From positions 55,751,118 to 55,815,117 of the forward strand of contig NC_068986.1 of NCBI RefSeq assembly GCF_001194135.2: 64,000 bases of DNA, written 5' to 3'. The translations under genes were made by a program, and so were the position numbers. The stretch is from Octopus bimaculoides. Its lineage: Eukaryota. This document shows, in pieces, positions 11,601-23,289 of the stretch. Every line of letters begins with the position of its first letter. Within the stretch, counting starts at the first letter, position 1. The notes under the pieces were generated by a model. That model made no database searches. It was not told the DNA's origin and saw nothing but the letters and a program-made list of their open reading frames with translations.

Positions 11601-12135
11601 ATTTTGCCTTTTTAATGTTTCTAATACACACAGCATTGTAATACATAATTTTTGAAGTAGTTCTTGGTCTCAAACAGAAAAATCCAGAAATTCGAGTCTT
11701 CTCTATCTCCATTTACCAGATAACTGGCCTGGTAACTGTTGCAATCGGTAAATGCTTTTAACAACGACAAAAACCAACAACTTCAACAACGAACAGCAGC
11801 AGAAACTTTAGGTTCATGCGTTCTTAAAGTAGNNNNNNNNNNNNNNNNNNNNNNNNNNNNNNNNNNNNNNNNNNNNNNNNNNNNNNNNNNNNNNNNNNNN
11901 NNNNNNNNNNNNNNNNNNNNNNNNNNNNNNNNNNNNNNNNNNNNNNNNNNNNNNNNNNNNNNNNNNNNNNNNNNNNNNNNNNNNNNNNNNNNNNNNNNNN
12001 NNNNNNNNNNNNNNNNNNNNNNNNNNNNNNNNNNNNNNNNNNNNNNNNNNNNNNNNNNNNNNNNNNNNNNNNNNNNNNNNNNNNNNNNNNNNNNNNNNNN
12101 NNNNNNNNNNNNNNNNNNNNNNNNNNNNNNNNNNN

Positions 12136-12170
<35 letters not shown>

Positions 12171-12491
12171 ATGTATATATACATGTATACACAAACACAC
12201 GATATATATTCACACAATCATATAAATACATATATTCATATGTATGCATATTCACAAGTGTTTATATATATACATATACTCATATACATACATTTACATA
12301 TGTATTATACATATATGTACACATAATACATATATACATGTGTGTATGCATGCATGTGTGTGGGGGTATAGGTAAGTAAGTAGGTATGCATGTGTGTATA
12401 TATTTTGTAAATGCAACGAACAATAAAGGAAAGAAAAAAGAAAACACAGAGGGTAAAGTTTAACAAATACTGTATTAATTTAGCAGGAAAA

Positions 12492-12533
12492 GAACTATGA
12501 CGTTTCAGATGTTAGTCGTTCATCAGAAGAACG
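12492..12533 (-). ncRNA. Degenerate type I hammerhead motif in probable PLE terminus
   Basis: Minus strand: gttctt-CTGATGA-acgactaacatct-GAAAC-GTC-atagtt. The core is intact with an ACGT stem-III palindrome; stems I and II are poorly paired. Embedded in a pyrimidine-rich (minus) tract like PLE 3' UTRs. Confidence 0.5.
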
Positions 12534-13064
12534 AGAAAGAGGAAAAGTCAGCAAGTGAAAAAAGAAAAGGCGCGGGGTTGAGAGCTGAGTGGGAATGCAG
12601 TTCTATGAGAGTTAAGAGGGGAGAAGGGAGTTAATGGTAAATATATAATTGAAAGTATTGGAGTGCATTCGTTTTTAGATATGGACATGAGCGGAGTGTT
12701 TTGTGTTGTTTTTGGGGTGTATTTTTGTATTATGTGGAAGTGTGCATGTTCATACCTATAGTGGCGTAAGGCATATGTATGTATGAGTGCGCATGTGTGC
12801 GTCCATTTAGTTTGAGAAGGGCGTGGATGTGAGAACGTGAGAGTGAATGCGAATGTCAGATAAAAAGAAGACAGTTGAAACGTGGAGGGTGTAATAGAAG
12901 TGTCTGTAGGCGTATGGCTGCGAGACGCAGTTATGTGGAAAGAAAGGAGGTACGAAAGAAGTGAAAGTGCGAGAAAAGGTGCAAGTTCAGAGAGAAAAGT
13001 CAGAGAAAAATTAGATGAAAACTCATTACAATGCAAAACACTAGTAAAGAGGGAGAAAACTAGC

Positions 13065-13067
<3 letters not shown>

Positions 13068-13116
<49 letters not shown>

Positions 13117-13200
13117 GACAGACAGACAGACAGACAGAGACAGACAAACAGAGACAGACAGACAGACAGACAGAGAGAAAGGGAGAGGGAGAATGAGAGA
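13068..13200. repeat. (GA)n/(GACA)n microsatellite
   Basis: Direct inspection. Confidence 0.95.
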
Positions 13201-14007
13201 GAGATAATTAAAAGTTCTGTGAACGAGAAAACATTATTTATATATTGCATAACACCGGTAAAAAACCGGAGAGCTTTGGAAGTCCAGGAACTGGTAAAAG
13301 AAATTTAATCCGATGAGACACATGGAAAGGCAAGAGGAATGTCACAGATGTGTGTGCACGTGACAGAGTGAAAAGTATTTTTCACGGAAGAAAGAATAAA
13401 GAAGAAATGAAGAAAAAAATGTTTAAATTTGTAACTGGTTGAACGTCCGAAGAATTCAAAAATGGAGAAGTAGTAATAAATTCCAGAGATGAGAATCGCG
13501 TAAAATGCATGGTGAAGAAGAGTTAAGCAGAACTGCATGATGTAAAGGAAAATCGAGGAGGAAGGAAAAGAGATCTCTTTTGACAGATGTGGAAAATAAA
13601 AGGAGGTAAAAAGTAAAAGAATGTTTAAGCGAGTGCGCGCGCGTATTAGCAAGCTGAAAAGTCGGTGGCGGGGAAAGTGTGAAACAGCTGTCAAGCAAAG
13701 AGAGCGTAGCGGAGGGAGAAGAAATGTGTATGAGTGACTGAGAATATGTATATATGCGAGTATTTATATGTGTATGGATGTGTGGATATAAGTGGAGAAA
13801 AAAGAGAACGTGTGAGAGTGCCGGTGTATGTCTGTATGAAGAATGGTTGATGTGTGTGTGTCAGAGACAAGATGGTGAATAGCGATATCGATGTAATCTC
13901 AGATATCAACAGACGAAATCATACTAACACAATTCGGTTAAATATTCAATCCCAGTATAACTGTGCCAACCTTAGCTTATATCCATTCAATGGCAATATC
14001 TCGATAA

Positions 14008-14039
14008 AGAGCTGATATATTGTACAATATATCAGCTCT
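14008..14039. repeat. Perfect 32-bp palindrome
   Basis: AGAGCTGATATATTGT|ACAATATATCAGCTCT, exact reverse complement with no spacer. Confidence 0.95.
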
Positions 14040-17000
14040 GTACAATAGTTAAGCTGAAAAGGGACTGTGAAAGCATTTGTTTGGGTTTAACAATATTTAC
14101 ATTTAAGAGTAAGTAAACACAGCTCATGTATTTTGGTAGTGGTGGATATTTAGAAACCCGAAGCTCTATCTTTCTATCACAATATGTCTAGAAAATGAAA
14201 AATAAAGGTATCACGAGCTGTCAGATATTGTGGTCTGTTGCTGAATTCGCTAAACTATATCCTTGTATTTTAAATCACGTAACATGTACACTTCAGAAAT
14301 TTTGTCCTTCTAGTTTATTAAATCCAAAAACTAAGTTCGTCTCGAAATGTCAGTTACGATATAATATTTTATCAAGGAGTTTATTCTTTTATTCTTTTAT
14401 TTCTTTCAGTCAGTTGACTGTTTGGTATACATTTTTAATATATATTGTTTTAAGTTGAATTACTTTGAAATTCTTCGAAAATACTTGAAAATTCTTTGAA
14501 GAACTTTGAACACTTTTGAATATTCAGAATTCTCCTTCCTAACTCGTAATTTTATGCCAGATACTGTCTGTAAGGTAAACATTGTCAAAGGAATTTATTT
14601 TGCAAATTGTAGACCTGTTGGTTAACTGGAATCTTCTTTTCTGAGAATTAGCAAAAGAACTTGAAACTGCTTATTGTCCATTGATTCTTATATATTATAT
14701 AAGAAATGATGAGCTGTTTCCTTCATACTTTTAATGTTTATATACTTCTAAATCTCCTTTATCTTTCTGCTTTTCTCTCTTTTTGCTCGTTTGTTTTATT
14801 TCCTTGATCACATCGTTTTTGCGTGTTTTTTCTTCTTTTCTACATATGTTTATAAACATGATTGCACTTCGTTCCTTTATTTCGCTCCAGCTGCACTCTT
14901 ATACATATTCACTTACTTTCTCTTCCCCTCACTGTTGTCCAACATTCGCTCACTTCATCTTTTGTTGTTGTTATTTAATTCTACTTTTAGTATTTGTCTA
15001 TTATATATTTTCATATATTTTCTCCTTCTTTTCTGTTGAATACATACCTTCCATATTTGGTTGAAATCAAAACTACTGTATCTTAAATACGATTGTACAT
15101 TACAATGTTACACTTCTCAACACAAGTCGATTACATTGCAATAAACTTGTGTCTAACACTTTCTTCGGTCCATATTATTTTTCTTTTTCACATTCCAGGT
15201 CCCTTTTCTCTTCGTTTTTGTTTTCCTTTTGTTCTCCATTTTTCTTTCCTTTATCTTTTCACCTTTTCCATTTACCTTTTCTTTTATGCCTTTCTTTTTT
15301 TTACTTCTTTACATCTTTTCCCCTCTCTGCCGCTTTGTTTTACAGATTTTCCCTTCCAACTCTCAATTTCAGAGAAAATTTGATTTTTCAGATTTAAAAT
15401 CATGAATTCTTAGTATTTATGAGCTTGCCCTACATATGCTGCGCACATTATGATATAATTTTAGTTTGGGCAAAAATAAACATGCAAAACACAGAAAAGC
15501 GACGGTATAACATTTCAGTTATAGGTATTGCTATTAACTCTACCTTATATTTCGAGTACTCTGCCCTCGCGTTTGTGTGTGTGCTCCAGCATGGGTGCAG
15601 TCTAATCAATGAAACAAATGAAAGAATAAAAGAATATATATACGTATAGACTAGAGGGAGAGAAAAAGAGACAGACAGACAGACAGAAAGAAAGAAAGAA
15701 AGAAAGAAAGAAAGGAAGAAAAAAATAAAGAAAGAAAGAAAGAAAGAAAGAAAAAAGAAATAAAGAGAGGGAGAGAGGCATCCTCACAGATTTTGATATA
15801 CATATATCTATGTGTTTGCATATACGAGTGTTTAAGCTGCAGTTGGTGTTGTTCAATTGTGGGTCAATCTTAATCGAACATACAATGAAATACTTTCCAA
15901 CCGAGACCTACCCTTCTTTTTATGACTATCTAAAACTACAAAGTCGAAGATGCTATTCCCTTTTTTTAAAGACGCTAGAATGTGATTTGAGGATAATTTG
16001 GCCGATATTTTTGTAGCTGTAGCAACCATATAGAAAAAAAAACCCTTGTTGGCCTGTGTATGAAGTAGTCAAAAAACAAAGGGCAGCAGTTATGGCCTTT
16101 GCAGGCTTTCTAGACTGGTGAGATCGTAACGGTAGAAGTTAGCCTTGAAATCCTGCAGAAAAAAAGAACAAAAGGCAGATATGTATGACTGGGAAAATAC
16201 GGGAAACAGGTATGTAAGCCGCAAGTGCGATGATCAAAGGAGAGAAAACTGCATTAGTTGGTCTTCGACAAAAGGGAGCATCAGCTTGACATTTCGAAGA
16301 AGCAATAGAAAGGACAGACAGAAGTAGTTCATCTGTGATCCAGTTGCTACTTAAAGATTCTTTGTCAATCAACCAAAATAATCATATTTAAATGTCATAA
16401 GGTTGCGAACTGGAAATGTTGTTAGAAGGCTGGATTGATTGCCTTGCAACATACGTTCCTGCGTTCTAAGTTAAAATCCTTCATTTATGGGATTAGTAGT
16501 TCAATTACCAGTCCAGTACTTGGGGCAGACACTTCCTCTATTTTTCTCTCTTTCTTTGAGAATGTTTACTTGTAATTCAAAGTGACTCAACAATGGTTGG
16601 AGCACACTGCAATCACATTAAACAAACATGCAAACTATGAAACGACATAAATGTTAGGAAAGAAGTTTAGGGTTACTCAACGCATGAATAAGTCGTCGTG
16701 TAACTTTGTGCTTTTGATGTGTGTAAAAAGAAACTCATGTGCCATGTCCTCGATTGAGCTTGTTTTCAAAGTCTCTGTTGATGAATGCGATGTATGTTTG
16801 GTCCCGCTTGAAAGAGACGTAAAGAGTAACGAAAGCTGATACCAGTAGTTAGGTGATCAATATCAGAGAGAAGAGTATGGAAGGTGTAAAGGCTGAAAAA
16901 AAAAAATAATAAAGGCAGGAAGATAGCAGAATGCCTTTGATTAAGGTTGATTTGAAGATAAACAACAATAATGGCCTCTGCTTTAGGAGCAAGGCGAATA

Positions 17001-17159
17001 ATTTGTTAAACAACAATAACAACATCATCATCACATTAAACGAACAATTAGCAGCTTCATACATCTACGAACATTAGCCTCACCCTAGCAACACGAACCG
17101 CCATCACATACATCTCTACCATAACAACCAGTACCATTACGACCAGCAGCACCACCAAA

Positions 17160-17228
17160 AACACCACTACCACTACCACCACGTCATTGGTCATGGTGTT
17201 GATTGTGGTATTGGTTATGGTGATGATA

Positions 17229-17266
<38 letters not shown>

Positions 17267-17290
17267 GATGATGATGATGATGATATTCTA
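17160..17290. repeat. (CAC)/(GAT)n trinucleotide tracts
   Basis: Direct inspection. Confidence 0.9.
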
Positions 17291-17764
17291 GTGGTTCCTA
17301 TGATAGTAGTGGTCGTGGTATAGATATATTTGTTTCGTGGCTGGTTGGCCACTTGTCAGCAGGCAGTTTCCAATAGCTTTTTTAACCCTTTTTTTGTCCA
17401 GTGTTGTGGTGGTCCCGATAGTGAGATGGTGATGGACGTCTTATAAGGCAGACAGTCTTATCATCATAGTCATTCCAGCCGTGATCATGCCTTCCCTTTT
17501 CAGACATATATCAAGAGCTACACGACTCAATGTGTCGCCCCCCCCCCCACCTTTTTTTCTAGATGAGTGGGTGTTGTTTGCAGGAGGTCTAACTGCTATT
17601 GCTAACAGATTGAGCGAGCACACAGAATCTCCTTCGTTTGCATTGCTGGTGTTTGTTGTTTTTGTGGTGGTGGGGGATGGGAGTGTATGTGAGGAAAGTA
17701 GTGGTGGTTACAGCGTTAGTAGCGTTAATAGTGGCAGTAGTGATTGTGCTAATCGAGTTGGTGT

Positions 17765-17875
17765 TCAACAGTGGTGATGCTGCTGATGGTGACGATTGAT
17801 GCAGCTGCTGTTGTTTTTGTTGCTATCACTGTTATTTAGCCGCAGGTCAGCCATGCGATGGAGCAAAGCTTTGAT
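17765..17875 (-). CDS. Candidate terminal coding exon (IKALLHRMADLRLNNSDSNKNNSSCINRHHQQHHHC*), product unknown
   Basis: Long polypyrimidine tract and TAG acceptor on the minus strand (17876-17925); 36 open codons assuming phase 0; followed by trinucleotide-rich UTR-like sequence. No recognisable domain and no upstream exon found. Confidence 0.2.
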   Translation of the reverse strand: MKALLHRMADLRLNNSDSNKNNSSCINRHHQQHHHC

Positions 17876-18639
17876 CTAAGGCGCACTCGAAAGAGAAGAG
17901 AAAAGAAACGAAAAAAAAAAAAAACTAAGAAGAGTAGGGAGGTAGAGAACTGCAGATTTTCCCACATCACCAGCAGAAGTTACTGAAGCATAAATGGAAT
18001 AACTTGAGTAATTTTAAATTGAAATTAAGAACAAAAAACAAAAACATTATTGAAAGAGAAATCACTGAAATCATAATTGTTTCTAATTTATGCACAAGGC
18101 CTGTATTTTGAGGGTAGTTAGTTGGTATCATAGGTAGTTTATTTTGTTGACCCCAGAACGATAAAAGGTAAAGTTGATCAAAGTAGGGCTTAATCATTTT
18201 GGCCAGAAGAAAGAGTGCAAGACGCTCTAACTCAGCCATTTTTTCCTTGTGGACCCTTTTGATGTCTAATTTAGTCGGGTGGATCTTCATAGCCGTTCGG
18301 TGTTTTAAAAAACCCTATTATATTTTTATAATTAAATATTATTAGGAATTGCATAAAAAATTGTTAAAATATTTTGTGTATTGTAGAAATATAGTCAATT
18401 TATTGCACATGACTTTAATAACAAAATTTTAAACGGACCCCAATTGGGACCCATTAGCTCTAACTATTCTGCCAGCGCATCGCTTTAATCCTTTTGGTAA
18501 TACCTATTTTTTTGAAACTAGACCAGCAATTTTATGAGGAGGAAGTAGGAAGTTAATCGGTTATATCTACTCTAGAGCTCAGCTGGTACTGGGTCGTGAA
18601 ATAATCGAATCCGAAAGCAAAGTCGATCTAGTCGATCAG

Positions 18640-19345
18640 ATCGTAAAGAGTTTTAAGAAATGTCACTAAGAATTCTTTTTCGATGCGCTAATGATTCTAC
18701 CAGATCGCCGCTTTAATCATTGCAAAAATAATTATAGTAATTTTTTTAGATAGATACATGGCCAGAAACTTTGATGCTGAGGTAACAGTAAAATCTGTCA
18801 ACTCCATTATGGTGCCTTATTTTATCGATTCCCGGAAGGATGAAAAGCAAAGTTGACCTCAGCAGCATTTGAATTCAGAACGTGTTGGGCTGGAACAAAT
18901 ATAATTTCTAGCATAGGTACAGGATCACACACTTTAGGGGAGAGGTTAGTCTATTGAGTCGACCTCCTTCCTGTAATTTCCTGATACTTTATTTTATCAA
19001 CCTCAGAATGAAGTTATTCGTGGGCGGGATTGAATTCAGAACGTAAAGAGGTAGATTAAGTACTGCAAGACCTTTTGTTTGACGATTTTCTAACGATTTT
19101 TTCACCCTACAAACCTTTTCTGATATAGACACAAGGCCAGAAATTCGAGATGGTTGGTAGTTGATACCATTGACTCAAGGTTTTGACTAGTATTTTATTT
19201 TATCGGTCTTGGAAGGACGAAAAGCAAAGTTGACCTCTGCAGCATTTGAACTTCAAGCGTAGAGAGCCATAATGAATACCCCAAAGTTAAAACGATTATA
19301 CCAATCTGACGAACTGGCAGAGCCGTTAGAGTTTCGCAGTATTCA
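18640..19345 (-). mobile_element. Cluster of about three degraded SINE family B copies
   Basis: Repeated minus-strand motif seen on plus as ..ttttatcga..ggatgaaa(a)gcaaagttgacctc..gcatttgaa(t/c)tcagaacg at about 18820-18880, 18990-19050 and 19190-19260. Confidence 0.75.
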
Positions 19346-20404
19346 TACACCTCGAGTGCTTTTAGCGGAGTCCATTCTGTTGCAGATATTTGGACCAGGT
19401 TTCCGATTTGTGGCTACTTTCATTTTTCTCTCTCACCAGTCTCGTAGGTCTTGTAATGGCTAACGATCACTGCCATCCTTCCTGACTAAAAGATAAAAGA
19501 AATTTACCATCCTTGAAATAATATAATTGTAATAATAATTTAATCTACTTAGACTATAATGTTTGAAAATTATGCTGTGGAATGTAAACAATGTTAAAGT
19601 TTGTTGTTCTCTTCACACGCAAAAAAAAAAAAGAAAAGATTATCCTGACTTGCTTCATGGCTGGTTAACCACTCGTCGATTTATACTTCTGCCCTCGAAG
19701 GTAACTTATAACAATCGCTATTCAAATCAAGCCCAGCTTAGCTGAGATGGATAGACTAGCCATGTAGCTCTCCACTTCCTCAACAAGACTGGCCTGAGAC
19801 TACGAGTAGCAATACTGCCTCATTGCCGAATGGAGACTGGCTAATGATGGGAAAAGAAAGAGAGGATAAAATGAGTGAGGCTGGAAGACTCTCATGGAAT
19901 GTCTGAACTTTACGGACATGTAAACTAAGAAATTAGAAGAAATAACCGTTACTAACGCTTAAGAGATAATTTTAGTCGTCGAGCCATCGCTGATTTCGTT
20001 CGTTATAGTAGTAGTAGCAGTAGTAGCGGCAGCGACAACAATAGCAGCTGTTACTGTAAACCAAACAAAATGATTGATTTGTGGCATAGATTTACTCACG
20101 CATCGTTGACTGTCTTAGACAATATCATTACTGCAACAACAACAAAATAACAGCAAGAACAACAGCAAATTGTTTTCTTTTTCTGAACTGACTCTAAACT
20201 GGCAACGAAGTGGCTGCTTGCCTCACTAGAAGCAGCAGCTAGATCTCCCTCTCTTAAATATAGGAGACTGTATAATTTAGTCCTAGATAAACATCAAAGA
20301 CATGATGGCTACGATTGGAAAGCCTTTAATTATAGGTTTGCTTGATCAACGAATAAGTATATTATCACTAACCACCACCACAAACACCCACTTTCACAGA
20401 GCTA

Positions 20405-20562
20405 CCCACGTTACTTATTTCTTTATTGCCCATAAGGGGCTAAACATAGAGGGGACAAACAAGGACAGACAAAAGGATTAAGTCGATTACATCGACCCCA
20501 ATGCGTAACTGGTACTTAATTTATCGACCCCGAAAGAATGAAAGGCAAAGTCGACCTTGGCG
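20405..20562 (-). mobile_element. SINE family B 3' portion with tail
   Basis: Plus strand reads ..gtcgattacatcgaccccaatgcgtaactggtacttaatttatcgaccccgaaagaatgaaaggcaaagtcgacc, the reverse complement of the family B body. Confidence 0.85.
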
Positions 20563-20959
20563 ACGTTACTGTTAACACTTCTACAGCAGCAACGAACGAG
20601 GAAACTTGGAAGAGTTTCAGTGGTCTCATGACTTACCAGAGATAGCTGTAAAGCTATTTCCTTAAAAGTCACGCTCTACCTTCCCTCCTCCTTCTTTGAA
20701 CTTAGATAGCAGGGACAGATACTGTAAAATATTCTATCCGAATATCTAACGATTCTGTCTATTTGTGTGAATGATCATAGACATGATCAAATCATTCAAG
20801 CGATGAGCTTTCAGTTCTTTTTTTTTTTCAGTCTTAGTGTACCGGGGACTGCATTATCCAATCTGTCACAGGTGTCTACCACCCCTTTTTTCCCCCTCAG
20901 AAATGGTCAACGGCACAGCAATGGGCTAACAACCACAACTCACAGAATGAGTTGAAATA

Positions 20960-21085
20960 CCCTACAATCTAGATGTATTGCAAAAATCAGCGCTACTTGG
21001 AACTGCACGCTTATTGTGTAAGCTACCGTCTGTCTGAGGTTCTTGTAACTTGACAGACAGTACAAACTCCCGGTAGACACAATAA
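20960..21085 (+). mobile_element. R4/Dong-type LINE extreme 3' end
   Basis: Encodes NLDVLQKSALLGTARLLCKLPSV* (RLE C-terminal 'QKSALLGTARILRK'); stop at 21035-21037; an (AAT)n tract lies about 60 bp downstream. Confidence 0.75.
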
Positions 21086-21143
21086 CTTCAATCAACAACT
21101 TCAATCAACAACATCACGATACTGGATACTGAGCGACGTTTTA

Positions 21144-21184
<41 letters not shown>

Positions 21185-21307
21185 TGATGATGATGATGAT
21201 GATGGCCACTTCTGTCGAAGACAACGCATGTATGTATGTGTATGTATGTATGTATGTATGTATGTATGTACATGTGTATGTAGGTATGTATTATGTGTAT
21301 ATGTATG

Positions 21308-21382
<75 letters not shown>

Positions 21383-21607
21383 CATTCCCTCGCTTTTAGC
21401 CCGTGTCTATGTGATAAATAAGGTAGTTTTAGAGCCATTTGGCATCTTCTTCCAGCTTGTTGCATTACTCAGTCATTTCTCTTATTACAATTTTATTATT
21501 ATATTTCTAAAATGAAATACTTTACGCGCGCGCGCGCGCGCTCTCACACACAGTCATTATGATAATTTAGTAAGTAACCAAAAGATGGTTGAGGCTCCGT
21601 TCAGTAT

Positions 21608-22047
21608 GTTGTGTTGTATCTATTTTGCAGCTACATCCATACATAAAGTTGTGTATCGCTAAAGATCCTAAGTTTTGGCTGTCATGTTTTTATATGCCCA
21701 TCTGTTTAGAGAATGAAACATTGCTACAATTTTCGATTACTATTATCTTTTCATAAGAATTGCAAACATTTGTAAATATAGACAAATAACTGTTGATAAG
21801 GAAAAAAAAAAGAGGGAGAAAAAGGAAAAAAATTGTTGGGGATGTGAATAGGTGAACAGGGATGGATTGAGTTACATTAGGTTTATCCCCGAGTAAAACC
21901 TCATGAACTGCTGCCATGGAACCTATACCAAGAAAGGACCAGATGAAACGCTACATGTCAGCCTAAACTCAGTGTCTTTAGCTAGACACAACTTTATGTA
22001 CGGATGTAGCTGATGAATCTCAAATTGCAAAATGAATGCAACACAAC
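21608..22047. mobile_element. Non-autonomous DNA-transposon-like element with ~58-bp inverted repeats
   Basis: 21608-21665 is the reverse complement of 21975-22047, apart from a ~15-bp insertion and a few mismatches. Confidence 0.65.
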
Positions 22048-22368
22048 CATAAGGTACAGTAGCTAGATGGGTCAAAACGACCGTTGTACAAAATAAAGAT
22101 TAATACCAAATTCATCTTATGTTTACTTAATCAATTATCATTATCTCAACTAACACTGCGGAGTTCCTGAAGTAGATCCAACGGAAATATACCCCGACTG
22201 CAGATGACACCAGGTAGCCCAAACTGTGCCAGTTCTCTACTCAACACTTCAACACACTAATCGATATATACCCATTAGTCTAAAATATCATATATATATA
22301 TATATATATCAAGAAAGAATAAGATAAAGAGACCAATGGCAAAGGTACAATTATATTTTATGTATAAA

Positions 22369-22417
22369 GTCTTACAGCTGTTTCAGGGAAAATCCAATGT
22401 ATCCCTTCATCGGAGAC
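22369..22417 (-). ncRNA. Type I hammerhead motif, U4C core variant
   Basis: Minus strand: gtct-CCGATGA-AGGGA(tacattggattt)TCCCT-GAAAC-AGCT-GTA-agac. Stem I 4 bp, stem II 5 bp perfect, stem III palindrome ACAGCTGT. Confidence 0.7.
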
Positions 22418-23213
22418 AGTGATAGTAGAAGAATCGATTATTACATCTATAAGAGGAGATTTGTAGTAAGAAGTGAAAGCGATGCGTAGAAGAAAGAACA
22501 GAGAAGAAAAAGTACTTGGAGTATAGTTCCATTCCAGCAGTAGACATCCATGTAAAGAATCCTTGTGGGTATTTTCCGGAGATAATTGTAGTTGCAAAGG
22601 TGGATATATATCATATCGTATCCAGTATACTTTGTGCGTTGTTTACTCAAAAGATAGTCCGAATCGAGTGAGAGATGTGTGTAGGATTACGAGGTCAAGC
22701 CTTAAGACAAGAAGGAAGGGAGGAGGAAGTGATTTAAGATGCGGTTGGTTGACTCCAATACCCTTCATAACCTTTATATATATATATATATNNNNNNNNN
22801 NNNNNNNNNNNNNNNNNNNNNNNNNNNNNNNNNNNNNNNNNNNNNNNNNNNNNNNNNNNNNNNNNNNNNNNNNNNNNNNNNNNNNNNNNNNNNNNNNNNN
22901 NNNNNNNNNNNNNNNNNNNNNNNNNNNNNNNNNNNNNNNNNNNNNNNNNNNNNNNNNNNNNNNNNNNNNNNNNNNNNNNNNNNNNNNNNNNNNNNNNNNN
23001 NNNNNNNNNNNNNNNNNNNNNNNNNNNNNNNNNNNNNNNNNNNNNNNNNNNNNNNNNNNNNNNNNNNNNNNNNNNNNNNNNNNNNNNNNNNNNNNNNNNN
23101 NNNNNNNNNNNNNNNNNNNNNNNNNNNNNNNNNNNNNNNNNNNNNNNNNNNNNNNNNNNNNNNNNNNNNNNNNNNNNNNNNNNNNNNNNNNNNNNNNNNN
23201 NNNNNNNNNNNNN

Positions 23214-23279
<66 letters not shown>

Positions 23280-23289
23280 CCACACAGAT

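Noticed and set aside
12548-13147. 199-aa minus-strand ORF
   Set aside because: Driven by (CT)n and pyrimidine-rich composition; low complexity; no domain.
13654-13697. CTGAAAA...GAAACAGCTGTC hammerhead-like string
   Set aside because: G8 is missing without compensation, and stems I and II do not pair.
16200-16390. Possible Tc3-like transposase N-terminus (EKTALVGLRQKG..RSSSSVIQLLLKD)
   Set aside because: Short resemblance with an in-frame stop; no TIR or catalytic motifs found.
19579-19600. TGGAATGTAAA match to the miR-1 5' end
   Set aside because: Only 11 nt match, and no precursor hairpin is evident.
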